NCBI GenBank assembly: GCA_043228905.1
Contig: JBHGNT010000020.1
Span: 4,092,001 to 4,156,000 of the forward strand
Direction: 5' to 3'
Length of the DNA stretch: 64,000 nucleotides
From: Azolla caroliniana
Taxonomy: Eukaryota; Plantae; Polypodiophyta
This document shows, piece after piece, positions 10,400-24,100 of the stretch; the stretch's first letter is position 1; each line of letters begins with the position of its first letter. Under the pieces are notes generated by a model. It saw only the letters and a list, made by a program, of their open reading frames with translations, was not told the DNA's origin and did not search any database. A program made the translations under genes and the position numbers.

Positions 10400-13300
10400 T
10401 CAGATGGGAAGCGCTTGACATGAAAAACTTTGCATCTTGGGAATACATGTTGCATCAATACCTTGTCAGACAAGCTTACTGGAGCTATATCGAAGGAGCT
10501 CATGAAACACAACCCAACCCAGCACACGCCGACTACCCAGCGTAGGAGCAGGCCGCAAGCCGTGTGTTGTGTAGCCTTGCATCATGCATTCATGATCACA
10601 TGCTCGGCTATATTCAAGAGTCGAAAACACTGAAAGAAGCTTGGGGCAATCTCAAGAAGATTTTTGGGGCAAATACGGTTGCACGAAAGCTCCAACTCCA
10701 ACAAGAATTGAATAACATGCAATAGAGGGATATGTCGATCACCAACTATACCTTGAAGATCAAGGAGTTGTGTGGCACCCTCGGATCGATCAACGTCGTC
10801 ATCAATGATGAAAAGTTGGTGCAAATATGCCTCAGCAGCTTGGCACCTCGATTCGGCATGATTAGATCGACCATTCTCGTGAGGGAAAATCCACCTTCCT
10901 TTTTCGACCTTCAGTCGATACAATTGGTGGAGGAAAATCATGCCCGACAAAGGAGCAATGCACTCGATGGTTAGGTGCTCTACTCCCAGTCGGATGATAG
11001 AAGAGGATTCGACCGAGAAAATAGAGGTCGACTCAGCCGAGAGCAACAGAGTCAGCCGATCCGAGAACACAACGCCTACCAATGGCAAGATGGTAGGAGC
11101 AATCCTATAGAGTTCAGCAGAAGGGGAAATCATCCTACCGAACCGAGCCATCGCAATAACCAAATCGAGTGCGGGTACTGTGAAAAACTCGGTCACTACG
11201 AAGAGGAGTGCCGAAAGAAGCAACGAGAATTGGCTTCAATTAGCAGAGAACTCACTAACTATGCTTCGAATTCCGATTAGGAAGATGATGGCAAAATGTT
11301 CATGATGAGGCATAAAGTGCACTCAATATCGACACAGGGTGAGATAAGCACCTCCCCTTCAGATAATGTATGGTTTGTCAACTCAGGAGAATCCAATCAT
11401 ATGATGTCCCACGAAGATTGGTTCCGAGAATTACGAAAGCCCGATCGGTCCGGCTATGTCAAAACCGGAGATGACACAACTCACTTGATTCAGCATATTG
11501 GAAACATCCCATTCGGGAACAATGGCAAACAAACCTACCTCAAAAAATTCTTGCATGTCCCAACCATCACGAAAAATCGGGTCTCAATCAGCCAGATAAT
11601 AGAACAAGGAATGCAAGTGCGGTGTGCTTCATTGAAAACCACAATCAAATCATAGCACACGAGCGAGGTGAAGTCCGCCATGTTCGCAAACGGCATCAAA
11701 GTCGAAACTAACTTGAAACTGTGGCACAAGTGAATCGGCCACATTAATTTTCAAAAGCTTAAAAGGATGCAGTCAAAAGGAGTCGTAATTGAACTTTCGA
11801 CATTTACCGAGAAGGAGATTCTGAGTGTATGTGAAGCCTGCCAATTCGGCAAACAACATCGACAACCATTCCCAAAAGAAGGGAATGTGAGCAAAGGGAT
11901 CCTGGATGTCGTACATTCAGTTGTATGGGGACTGACATAGATAGCCACATTCAACGGATGCCGATATTATGTCTCGTTCATCAACGACTTCTCGAGGCAT
12001 GTCAGGATCTATCCGATGTAGAAGAGTGAAGTGTTCTCACACTTCCAAAGGTTTAAAAACGAAGTCGAAAAAGCCACAAGTCAGCATGTTCGATGCCTTT
12101 GATCGGATGGAGGCAAAGAGTATTTCTTGGACGAGTTTATGTCATACCTTCGACAGGAAGGAACTCAATGAGAATTCTCATGCCAATGCACACCTCATAA
12201 AAACGGAGTAGCCGAATGAAAGAATCGGCACATAGTAGAGGTAGCACGAGCCATGATGAATGAGAAAAACCTGCGAAAATCATATTGGGCAAAAGCAACT
12301 AACACAATCATGTATCTCTTGAATAGATGTACAACCTCTAGGGTACAAGATGTAACCCCTCATGAGAAGTTCTTCGAAAAGAAGCCGGATCTATCACATA
12401 TCCAGATATTCTGCTCAATCTCGTATGTGCATATTCCCGACGAGAAGTGACAAAAGCTTGACCCGAAGTCGTAGAAATGTATCCTCGTAGGGTACTCACT
12501 CAAACAAAAGGGTACAAATCTTACAATCCTTCTACTCGAAAAGTTTGAGTAAGTCGAGACCTCATTTTCGACGAGTCGGCATCCTAGTATGACCTAGAGA
12601 CGACTTCGATTTCGACTCCACTCAACCCGGAATAGGCCGAATGACAAATAGAAGACGAATTTCGACTCGGACACATTCGAAGAAAGTCCAATTACGACAA
12701 GGCTTAGTGGACCACAGGAGCCTCCGAATGACTAAAGCACATCTCGACTGAGTCCGAAACTCAACAAAGGGAAGACCAACATGTCGGAATACGAAGATCC
12801 AATTGACATTGAGTCAACTCACTCCCTTGATAGTGAGTTCGAAATCCTGGACATCCCAATCATCCAAACGAATGGAGCGAAGAAAGCCTTAGACTCTGCA
12901 AACGAGAAGCTCCGTCACTCCACCCGAGAGAAAAACCCGATCAACCGATTCTGCTACGATGAGTATATGGCATACCATTATGCCTTTATGATGAAGGTGG
13001 CGACAGTCCGAGAACCGGAAAACTTCTCAGAGGCATCCAAGGATCCATGATGGATCGAAGCAATGAATGAGGAAATGCAGGGTTTAAGCAAAAACGAGAC
13101 ATGGGATCTCATTCCCCATACTTCAAGCAAGAAAGCAATCGATTGTAAATGGATTTTCAAAGTAAAATATAATGCCGACAACTTAATAAATTGCTACAAG
13201 GCATGACTCGTAGCTAAGGGATACGCTCAAACACACGGAGTCGATTACGAGGAGACCTTTGTCCCAATAGCAAAGATGACGACTGTTTGGACAATCGTTG

Positions 13301-14970
13301 CAGTCACAACTGCAAAAGGGTGGTACCTCCACCAGATGGACGTAAAGAACGCCTTTCTCCAAGGAGAATTAGAAAAGGAGGTCTTCATGATTCAAGCACT
13401 TGGTTTCGAATCCAACAAACACCCGAAAGAAGTTTGCCGACTCCGGAAGCCTTTATACAGCCTCAAGCAAGCACCACGTGCTTGGCATTCGAAGATCACC
13501 CAATATCTGCACAAAATCAGCTTCCGAATGTCGAAATCGGACAACTCCCTATACATCCGAAACGAGTCGAACAATCTTATTGTCATCATCTTGTACATGG
13601 ATGATCTGGTCATCGGAGGAAAAGATATTGCTGAGATTAATAAGGTCAAATCATTCCTCTTTGGCAAATTCAAATGGAAGATATGCACGAGCTCCATTAC
13701 TTCCTCAGTATCGAAGTAATTCGGACACCAATCAGGATATTGATCTCTTAGCGGCACTACATCCTCAACCTACTCTACAAGTTTGGAATGACAGAGTGCA
13801 CAACTATGTCTACCCCCCTCGATCGAAATCTCAAACTCGATGACGCTTCTGGAACAAAAGAGTGCAAGCCGACTCAGTATCGACAACTGATCGGTGGCCT
13901 AATCTATCTAACCATCACCCGACCCGACCTCAGCTACTCGGTTGGCCTACTTAGAGAATTCATGCAAAATCCTCGCAATGAACATCTTGATTGCGCTAAG
14001 AGGGTATTTCTCTACGTTCGTGGAACAATGGATTTCGGCATCCTATACAAGTTGGATATGATCAACCGGCTCAAAGGGTACACATATGCAGACTGGGCCG
14101 ACTTTAAGGCCGATCGACGATTGACCTCCGGATTTTTCTTCTCCCTCGGCAGTGGAGCGATCTCTTGAAGCAGTAAGAAGCAGTCGACAGTCGCACTATC
14201 GAGCATGGAGGCTGAATATAGGGGCACGATGGTCACCGCATGCGAAGCTATTTGACTCAAACACATTTTAAAGGATCTAGGCGTTCCCACCAAGGATTTG
14301 ATTTTCCTATACTGCGACAATATGAGTAGTATCAACTTGGCTCGGAATCCCGTGTTCCATGCGTAGACTAAACATATCGAAGTGCACGACCACTTCATTC
14401 GGCAATGTGTACAGGTTGAAGATGTCGACTTACAAAACATTAGCACGAACATTCAGGTGGCTAACATCTTCACAAAAGCACTGGGTATCAACAAGTTGCG
14501 GTAGTTCGCAACAAACCTTAGTCTCGCAATCACGGACCAGCCGCACTTGAGGGGGAGTACCGAAAAACAACAATAATCAACGATATCAAACAACAGTTGA
14601 TCAGTCAATCGAAACCGACCAAAGGAGTCAAAGTACAATAACAATCGAGTCGAGAGCTGAACAAGGAGCATGAAATAATCGAGCAATCGAAAGCCAAACA
14701 ACCGAAACAACTTGAAAGCCGAAGCCAATTCAGCCGAATCAAATTTTTTCAAAGATCGAATGGAACCAACGTTTCAACATCCGGAAGTTGTGTTCAAAGG
14801 GGTGTGTTGAGAATTGAACTCAACTTCCCATAGAGACAATGTTCACACGAGCCAATGGACATCATACTAGCTTAGATTTGTAATTAGTAGAAAGGGCACT
14901 TACCCTAGATGATTGTAACTTAGTCATTGTTGGATGTAATTCTATTTTTACTAATATAACTTCTTGTTCA

Positions 14971-15018
<48 letters not shown>

Positions 15019-15093
15019 CCTTATATGTACTCATACAAACACACATAGTTCGCTGCCATTGCATAGCATCACCTACATCTCACCGTCTTTACA
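10400..15093 (+). mobile_element. Ty1/Copia family A, copy 2, heavily decayed, 5' LTR lost
   Basis: Colinear with copy 1: NFASWEYMLHQYLV gag; CGYCEKLGHYEEEC zinc knuckle; VWFVNSGESNHM; YMDDL; YADWAD. PPT aaaggggtg then 3' LTR 14805-15093. Confidence 0.92.
14805..15093 (+). repeat. 3' LTR of Copia A2, with a long (CT)n tract
   Basis: TGTTGAGAAT...TCTTTACA, the same termini as the family A LTR; (CT)n at about 14974-15016. Confidence 0.85.
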
Positions 15094-15610
15094 AGTCCAA
15101 GTGAACCGACACAATCGGTTGTTCGGAGATAGCTAGTCGGCACAGCTAAATCCGAGTTGGTCGACTTGGAGCAACCAACCAACACAAATACGTCGGAGTC
15201 AGCGGACTTATGGAAGTCGATCGAGGACTACGAGTCGGAATTGGCAAATCCTCAATGACTGATTAACACATATGAACCTGAGCCGAGAGGAGGGTCGGCA
15301 GAGACATCCGAGCGGGAGCCGATAACGAGTGGAAGGAGATACCCACTCAGAGAAAGGAGTGCACCAACAACATATGCCAGTCAATACATCCTCTTGACTG
15401 ATGAAGGTGAACCACAGTGCTACGAAGAAACCATAGCTAATGAGCACAAGGAGAAATGGCTAACTGTAATGCAAGATGAGATGGACTCCTTGCATGAGAA
15501 CTACACCTATGACCTAGTAGAACTACGAAAAGGTAAAAGAGCACTTAGAAACAAATGGGTCTATAAGGTGATGACCGGAGTAGTCGACAACACACCCAGG
15601 TATAAAGCAA
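15094..15610 (+). pseudogene. Copia (Tork-like) IN-RT linker and RT start fragment
   Basis: LTDEGEPQCYEE...WLTVMQDEMDSLHENYTYDLVEL...NKWVYK...RYKA (ORF 15394-15681). Confidence 0.85.
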
Positions 15611-15612
15611 TA

Positions 15613-15936
15613 TGGGCTATTTACAAATGTAGCCTCTACTACTTTCATTCCTATTATTATACTAATAATAATAGCAGTTAATCAGTCGACGCATATGTTG
15701 ACTATTCAGTTAGCTCAACTAGTCGGCCTTGTCATCGACCATCCGGTTGGCCTGACTAATCGGTCGTGTCTTCAACTTGGATCACATATGTAATATTGTC
15801 TACTCTCCTAGTCGACTCTTGGTGTCTTTGACTCTCGGCTCTCAACCTAACTAGTGGGCGACTCCTTGTCTTCGATTATCGGCTCTTATGCAGCCGAATA
15901 GTCAGCTCCTCCCATATGAGGGACATATTCCTAACA
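15613..15936 (-). repeat. Fragment of a Tork-like LTR in opposite orientation
   Basis: gggctatttacaaat.tagcc as in LTR 31015-31552. The end cccatatgagggacatattcctaaca resembles the reverse complement of the 18787 LTR start. Confidence 0.65.
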
Positions 15937-18900
15937 GAAGGCTACACAAGTAGTATCTGGAATAAAGTCATGAAGTTTTGCAAAGGAAGCTTGATTGTGG
16001 CCTGAGCCAGGAAGACAAAGACATTGTATGTGAGGAGGAAGCAAATGTGGTAGCCGACATAGTCGTTGAACTATGGCACAAGAGGTTATGCCACATGAGT
16101 GAGAAGGGGATGAGGAAACTTGCCGATGACAACCTTATTCCAGAAGTGAAGAATGTGCATCTCGACAAGTGCACAGACTGTTTGGCCACAAGCAAAATAG
16201 AACCTCTTTTTGAACCAAGCCCCCGACAAGGAAGAAAATGTCGTTGGAACTCGTGCATATAGATGTATGCTACGTGGACACAAAGTCACATGCTAGTTCA
16301 CAATACTTCGTGACCTTCATAGAAAATTGTAGCCGGAAGTTGTGGGCTTCTGTATTGAAGACCAAGGATCAGATCTTGTCGGTCTTCAAGGAGTTCCAAA
16401 CAAGGGCAGAGAGAGAAATCGATCGAAAGCTGAAGGTAATTCGAATAGATAACAGAGGAGAATACCGTGGTTAGTTCAAAGAGTACTGTTGATCGAATGG
16501 TATCTGGCTTGAATAGACTGTGCCAAAGATGCCATAGCTGAATGGGTTGGCCAAGAGAATGAACCAAACAATCATGGAAAGAGTTTGGATCATGCTTGCA
16601 CATGCAAAACTGTCTAGACGTTTTGGGCTGAGGCATGTGATGGTGGCATATGTGATAAATAGGTCACCCTCACCACCCTTGGACGGTGATATTTCACAAA
16701 GGATGTGGATTGTCAAAGACGTCTCATACCAACATCTGAGAGTGTTCAATTGTCTTGCCTATGTGCATATTGCAAAGGACCGGAGGAGAAAACTAGACCT
16801 CAAGACTCGGCCATGCATATTTCTTGGATATGGGGACAACAAACGCAACTATCGGTTATGGGACTTAGCTGAGAAGAAAGTGATCCGGAGCTAAGACATC
16901 ATCTTCATGGCCTCTAGTTATCGATTCAAGCCGAGCTTATGATCAACCGAATCGAACATCAATTAATTCGACCGAATTCAAATACAAACCAATTAGTTGA
17001 GTAGGTAGTTGGCAAACTTGAGAGTCGACTAAGGAACAAGTGGAACTGGCCGAGTGAGGATCCAAATCTGACTTAGATGAAGAGCTGACTGAAGAAGTCG
17101 AACCGGAGCTGACTACTGTAAATGGAGGCAGGAGACACCCTCTAAGAGCGAGAAGGCCTCCCTAGAGATTTCCGGATAGAGAATATGTATTGTTAATCGA
17201 TTAGGGGGAGCCAGAAAGCTTCGAGGAAGCAAAGAGGGATAGCCACAGTCGAAAGTGGTTGAGTGTCATGCAAGACGAGATGGATTCCTTGCATGAGAGC
17301 CAAACATATGAACTAACCGAGTTGCCGAAGGGAAAGAAGGCACTTCGGAACAAGGTATACAAATTGAAGTCGGGAAAAAGCAAAAATCCACCCAGATACA
17401 AAGCCCGAATCATTGTGAAAGGTTTTCAATAGAAGAAGAGTGTAGATTTCGATGAAATATTTGCCCCAATAGTAAAAATGACGTCGATACGGACGGTGCT
17501 GAACATAGCGGCCAACATGAATTTCAAAGTTGAGCAGTTAGACGTCAAGATTGCTTTTTTGCATTGAGATCTAGAGGAAGAGATCTACATGCAGCTGCCA
17601 GAGGGATTCGTGGACAAAGGAAAGGAAAACTTGGTATGTTGGTTGAGGAAGAGCTTATACGGACTGAAGCAAACTCTCCGACAATGGTACCGGAAATTTG
17701 AATCCTTCATGGTGGATAAGGAGTTCAACAAGACACAAGCTGATCATTGTGTCTTTGTTAAGAAATATGATGGATGAGACTTTCTCATCCTCCTGTTGTA
17801 TGTTGATGACATGCTAATTGTCAGAAAGGACCCGAAGAAAATCGGAAGTGTGAAGAAGGCCCTGAGCAAGTCGTTTGCGATGAAGGATATGGGTCCGGCA
17901 AAGCAAATCCTACGGAGGCACATCGTTCAGGATCAAACAAAGAACCTGTTATGGTTGTCACAACAAAAATATGTGACAAAGGTGCTCTAGAGGTTCAACA
18001 TGCAGAATGCGAAACCAGTCGGTTCGACACTACCGACAAATAGCAAACTGTTTGGAAGTCAATGCCCGAAAACAAAATCGGAGAAAGCTGAGATGAACAA
18101 GATCCCATATGCCTCAACAATCGGAAGCCTGATGTACGTGATGGTTTGTACCAGATCGAACATCAGATACGCATTCTGAGTTGTCAGTTGGTATATGAGC
18201 AATCTCGGAAAAGAGCATTGGGCTGCGGTGAAATGGATACTTCGGTACCTGAGAGGCACCTCGAGTGTTTGTCTTTGATTTGGCTTAGGTAACCCCATAT
18301 TGGAAGGTTACACTGATTCAGACATATCGACTTATGTGGATACCAACCGATCCACATCCGGATACATAATGACTTATGCAGGGGGAGTTGTCTCATGGCA
18401 ATCAAGGTTGCACAAGGTTGTGGCGTTGTCAACCACGGAAGCCGAGTACATGGCTGCTGCAAAAGCCGGCAAGTAAATAATATGGATGAAGGAGTTCTTC
18501 GAAGATTTGGGGATTCGTCAAGAAGAATTCCAACTCTACTGCAACAACTAATGTGTCATCCACCTTGCGAAGAATGCCGCCTACCACTCAAGGACCAAGA
18601 ACATCTAGAGGAGATATCATTGGCTCTGAGAGTGGGTAGAAGTGAAGGAGTTTTCTCTAGTGAAGGTGCACACAACGGAGAACGGGTCAGACATGCTAAC
18701 GAAGGTGTTGTCGGCCGAAAAGTTGGACACGTGTCAAAAACAAATCGGATTGACGAAGTACCCCATGCCGGAGTGAAGGGGGATTTTGTTGGGAAACAGG
18801 TCCCTCTGAATGGGAAGAACAACTGAATCGGTCAATGGCTAACTTGACCGAGGCCAAAAAAATGATTGACCCAAAATCAGATAATAATCGATTCAACTAA

Positions 18901-19373
18901 GAGCCGAATTGGTCGAAGCCGACTCAAGACCATAATTGTAAATAGCTTCAATATGTGCCCTTAGTGGGCTATATTTGTAAATAACTCATATAGGGTATAT
19001 GGGTATAAATATAGTTAGGACAAGTAGTTATGCACATTGTTAATTATTGTTGAACAAGATATAGTGAGTAGTTGCCTCTATAACTAGAGAATGAGTCAGA
19101 GATAGAAATTAGAGTGGGAGTGTGTGGAGTGTATGTGAGTAACCCCATAGGCGTCAATGAAGAAGAAGAAGTCAAGATCGTTGCCAATCATTTGATTTTG
19201 TTTGGAGTTTGTGGACTCCACGTGGTTTTTCCCTTTCTAGGTTTTCCACGTAAAATACATTATCTTTGTATTTCTGTATTTCTGTTCTCATTTGTCTGTG
19301 TACTATCATTCACAATCTTTGCACCCACATTCGTATACATTGCGATCGATTGTGGCCGAGTCGATTCTCAACA
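15937..19373 (+). mobile_element. Tork-like Copia, 3' two-thirds (IN-RT-RH, PPT, 3' LTR 18787-19373), decayed
   Basis: LWHKRLCHMSEKG; YFVTFIE; DNRGEY; LRKSLYGLKQ; YVDDML. PPT gagtgaagggggatt; LTR TGTTGGG...CTCAACA. Confidence 0.92.
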
Positions 19374-19980
19374 TTTGGGTCCCATAGCCGATAGCCAAAT
19401 TTCCCGTTTATCCCATATCTGAGAAAGATACACTTTGTCGAATGGGGTGCCAATTTGGTTTGTTTCTCCCTAGGTATGAATGCATAAGCTTTGCACATGA
19501 ATATGCGAAAGACATTATAAGTTAGTTGCTTTCTTGACCACAATGATTGTGGCACCTGAAGCTTTATTGCTTTTGATGGTGACAGATTGATCAGATAGAC
19601 TGTTGTCTAGAATGCTTCGGCCCAAAACTACAACTTTAGTCCTACTTGTTGGAGCATTGCCATTACTCTCTCTCGGATTGTCTAGTTCATCCATTTGGCT
19701 ACACCGTTTTGCATCAGGGTGTAGGGAAGGTCTGTTGATGTCTGATCCCTTTCTTGCACTGGTACTTCTCGAAGGTTTTGGAGGTGTATTCTCCTCCATT
19801 GTCCGACCTTAGTGTCTTGACTTTGTTGCCGGATCTGTTTTCGGCTTAGGTCAATCATCGAGTGAAAACTTCTAGCGCTTCGTTCTTGGACTTAATCGAT
19901 TAAGCCCAGACCTTCCGTGTACATTCATCAACGAATGTGATTAAGTATTGGGAGCCTCCTAGAGATCTATCTTGCATTGG
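19374..19980 (-). pseudogene. Copia integrase core fragment
   Basis: Reading across frameshifts gives TLRSDNGGEY, QNGVA, FWAEAF, KLAPHSTKCIFLRYG..FGYRLWDP; similar to the 58326-62339 integrase. Confidence 0.85.
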
Positions 19981-20370
19981 TGTAAAGATTTAAGTGTGCG
20001 GAAGCTTTGCAAAACACAAGGTATAGAATCCAATCTGCCCAATCACTGGTGGTGAATCCTTGAGGACTATCACATTAGGAACCCCCGATTTATCCAACCA
20101 ATCAAGCAAAACGTAGGGCATGAAACCTCTTTCTGGAGGACACGCATACAAGTCGTCGTGTGACCACTCTTTGAACATTAAAGTAAATATACAATATAGT
20201 AATACACATAAACTACCAAAATTTTCAATCTATTATCACGTTGGACGTGACACCTCACCATCTCATAAGTTTTACTAGATTCACACCTACACTCCCTTAA
20301 TGATCCACATAGACACTACTAAGTGCCAAAGGAACATCCCCCAAAAACCTATTTGCAATCTCCCCCCCTA
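19981..20370 (-). repeat. Putative 3' LTR (19981-20357) and PPT of an unidentified LTR element
   Basis: TGTAAA...TTTGCA inverted ends followed by atctcccccccta (a G-rich PPT on the minus strand). The adjacent internal sequence is non-coding. Confidence 0.5.
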
Positions 20371-20680
20371 GTGTGGATCTTGGCTCAATCACTTGAGGCC
20401 ATGAGGTTGTACTCTATGTTACTCGAAGGGGTATATAGTTGAAACCGTACAATTGAAATAGGTGTCAAAGGGCCGAAGGCCGAACTATGTCTTAATGTAG
20501 AATAGATAAAATACCAAAACGATATGCCTAATGGCATTGTAACTTCTAAGACTGAAACGAATGTCTGAAACGATACGTCTGATGGCATTGTAACTTCCAT
20601 GTTTTCCTATATCTAGGGTGCATGTTCATTGTAAATATAAGCTTAATAGAGAGATATTTATCAAACATCCAGTGTTTGTG

Positions 20681-21179
20681 TGTTGAGAAATAGCAGGGAA
20701 TATTGCTCGGCCACAATCGAGTCTTGAACACTTCAATGAGAATGGAGAATACAGAAATGGGAACTAAAGAGTGAACACAAGATGTTTACGTGGAAAACCC
20801 TAATAGGGGAAAACCACGGGAGCCCACAGACTCCGAACTATCACTATGAAGAAAAGGGTTACAATCAGAGACTCGTAGGCAATGACCTCGAGCTTTGTTT
20901 CTTCGCCAGGCGGCGGTTACAACAGAGTATCGCTTTGTATCTCTCTCTCCCTCTCTATCGCTCTCTGGACAGTAGTTATACACCTACAATAATATCAACA
21001 ACCTTACAAAGTGATTGCCCTAAGTCATATTTATACTTATATGAACTTAGGTCTATTTACAAATATAGCCTCTATAGGCTTGCTCAAGACATATTTACAG
21101 ATATGTCTTCTCTTCCGGTTCTCACCAGGTCGTCTTTATTCATCACCGGATCCCATACAGAGAGACCGATTTCCCAACA
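20681..21179 (-). repeat. 3' LTR of Tork-like element
   Basis: Direct repeat of 31015-31552, which carries an extra ~39-bp segment. Confidence 0.93.
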
Positions 21180-24100
21180 ATCTCCCCCTTCACTCTGGCA
21201 TGGGATATCTGGTCATCCCGATTCGCTTTTGGCACACGTCCAGCTTGTCGGTTGTCAGGACCTTGGTCAGCATATCCGACCCATTCTCCTCCGTGTGGAT
21301 CTTCGTCAACATGAACTCTTGATCTTCTACTCTCTTTCGGATCCAGTGGTACCTGTGCTAGATATGTTTCGTCCGAGAATGCTAGGCCACTTTCTTTGCA
21401 AGGTGGATGGCGCTTTGACTATCGCAGTAGAGCCGGTATTCCTCTTGTTGGATCCCTAGCTCTCTGATGAAGTTCTTCATCAATATTATCTCCTTACCGG
21501 CTTCTACAATTGCCATGTACTCCGCCTCCGTGGTTGACAACACAACCGTCTTCTGTAGCCTCGACTGCCCTAATACAGCTCCCCCTGCATAAGTCATGAC
21601 ATATCCGGATGTAGACTGGCTGGTATCCGCATCGGCCGACATATCCGAATCCGTGAATCCGTCAAGTTGGGGATTACTGGAGCCAAACCAGAGGCACATA
21701 CTCGAAGTGCCTTTCAGATACCAGAGTATCCACTTGACCGCGTTCCAATGCTCTTTGCCAAGATTGCTCATGAACCGGCTCACCACTCCAACTGCATATC
21801 CGATATCCGACCGGGTACATACCATTGTGTACATCAAACTCCGGACGGCAGAAGCATATGGTATCTTCATCATATCCATCTTCTTCGCCTTTGTCCTTGG
21901 GCTTTGTTTCCCGGATAGCTTGCAGTTTGCCGGAAGCGTCGATCCGACCGGTTTCGCCTACGACATGTTGAACCTTTGAAGCACCTTTGTCACATACTTC
22001 TCCTGTGACCACCACAATAGCTTCTTCGACCGGTCCCGGATGATGTGCATTCCCAATATCTGTCTTGCCGGACCCAAGTCTTTCATTGAGAAGGTTCGGT
22101 TTAGAGCCTTCTTCAGCATCCGAAACTTGCCTTGGTCTCGTCCGATGATCAGCATATCATCCACATATAGGAGGAGTATCAGGAAGTCTCCTCTATCAAA
22201 TTTCTTCACAAACACACGGTGATCGGCTTGTGTCTTGTGGTACCCATGGTTGATCATCAAGAAGTCGAACTTCCGATACCATTGCCGGGGAGCTTGCTTC
22301 AGTCCGTATAGGCTCTTCTTTAGCCCGCACACCAGGTGCTCCTTCCCTTTCTTTTCAAACCCTTCCGATTGATGCATGTAGATATCCTCTTCGAGGTCAC
22401 CATGGAGGAACGTCGTCTTCACGTCCAGTTGCTCTACCTCGAGGTCCATGCTTGCCGCTATGCCCAATACCATCCGGATGGATGTCATCTTTACTACCGG
22501 GGCAAAGATCTCATCGAAGTCCAGTCCTTTCTTCTACTGGAATCCCTTCACCATGATTCGGGCCTTATACCTTGGTGGATTCTCGGCGTCTCCCGGTTTC
22601 AGCTTGTACACCCACTTGTTCCGGAGTGCTCTCTTCCCTTTCGGCAACTCCGTCAGTTCATATGTGTGGTTCTCATGCAGGGAATCCATCTCAACCTGCA
22701 TGGCACTCAACCACTTGCGGCTATGGGTGTCTCTCTTTGCTTCTTCGAAGCTTTCCGGCTCCCCCTCATCGGTTAGCAACACATGCTCTGCATCCGGAAA
22801 TCTCCGGGGGGCTCTTCTCTCTCGGAGAGGATATCTCCGTCCTTGGCTTTTGACTATCGGTTCCTCCGTTTGTTCCGAATCCGAATCCGATTCGGGATCT
22901 TGTTCGGTTCCGGTGTCTTCTTCTTCTTCCTCGGTCGGTTCGGTTTCCTGTCCGTATCCGCCTGGCTCGTTGGGTGTCATCCAGTTTCCAACTGGGTAGG
23001 TCCTTGTGTCCTCAGGCGGGTTTTCATTGGATGATCTTCTTCTCCGACTCCTAGTCAGCAATGGTGTTGTCTTCCATGAAGACTATGTCCCGACTCCGGA
23101 ACACCTTCTTGTCGACTAGATCCCACACCCAATAACCGAAGTCGTCATCGCCGTATCCAAGGAATATGCATGGCCTAGACTTCGGATCCAGCTTTGCTCT
23201 CTTGTCCTTCGCGGCATGTACGTATGCGAGACACCCGAACACCTTCAGATGCCGGTAAGAGACATCTTTACCGGTCCATACTTTCTAAGGTGAGTCTCCT
23301 CCCAAGGGTACTAAGGGTGATCTGTTTATCACATAGGTCGCCGTCGTCAACACCTCAGCCCAAAACATCTTGGTTAACTTGGCATGTGTGAGCATGCTCC
23401 GGACTCTCTCCATTATGGTATGGTTCATCCTTTCAGCCAACCCATTCAATTCTGGCGTCTTCAGCACGGTGAATTAGAGTCGGATTCCCTTCGACCGACA
23501 GTACTCCTCGAACTACCCCCGGTATTCTCCTTCGTTATCTGCTTGAACCGCCTTCAGCTTCCAGCTGGATTCTCTTTCCACTCTCGCGTGGCCATCCTTG
23601 AAAGCGGATAACACCTGATCCTTCGTCTTCAATGGCGAGACCCACATCTTCTGATTGTGGTCATCTATGAACGTCACGAAGTACTGCGATCCGGCATGTG
23701 ACGTCGTGTCCACTTGACACATATTGGTATGCACCAACTCCAGTGGTGCATTCTGTCTCATCGATGGTCTTGACCAAAAGGAGGTTCGGTTTTGCTTGCC
23801 AGCCAAGCAATCGGTGCACTTCTCAAGTTGCATGTCCTTCACCGGAATGAGGTTGTCTTCGGCAAGCCTCTTCATCCCCTTCTCACTCATGTGACACAGT
23901 CTTTTGTGCCACAGCTCACCGGTAGTGTCGGATGCTACGTTCACTTCTTCCCGGCATATCCGGGCATGCATCAAGTACAGTGTGTTGACCTTCTGGGCTC
24001 GAGCCACTATTAGACTCCCTTTGCTGAACTTCATGACTCCGTTCTGGATGCTACCCGTGTAGCCTTCATCATCCAGCCGGCCCACTGATATCAGGTTCAG

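Noticed and set aside
19515-19799. Novel 94-aa ORF or captured gene
   Set aside because: An alternative frame of the decayed Copia integrase (SDNGGEY, QNGVA and FWAEA read in neighbouring frames).
20782-21459. 225-aa plus-strand ORF
   Set aside because: Runs across the LTR and antisense to RNase H; a shadow ORF, not kept intact in the other LTR.
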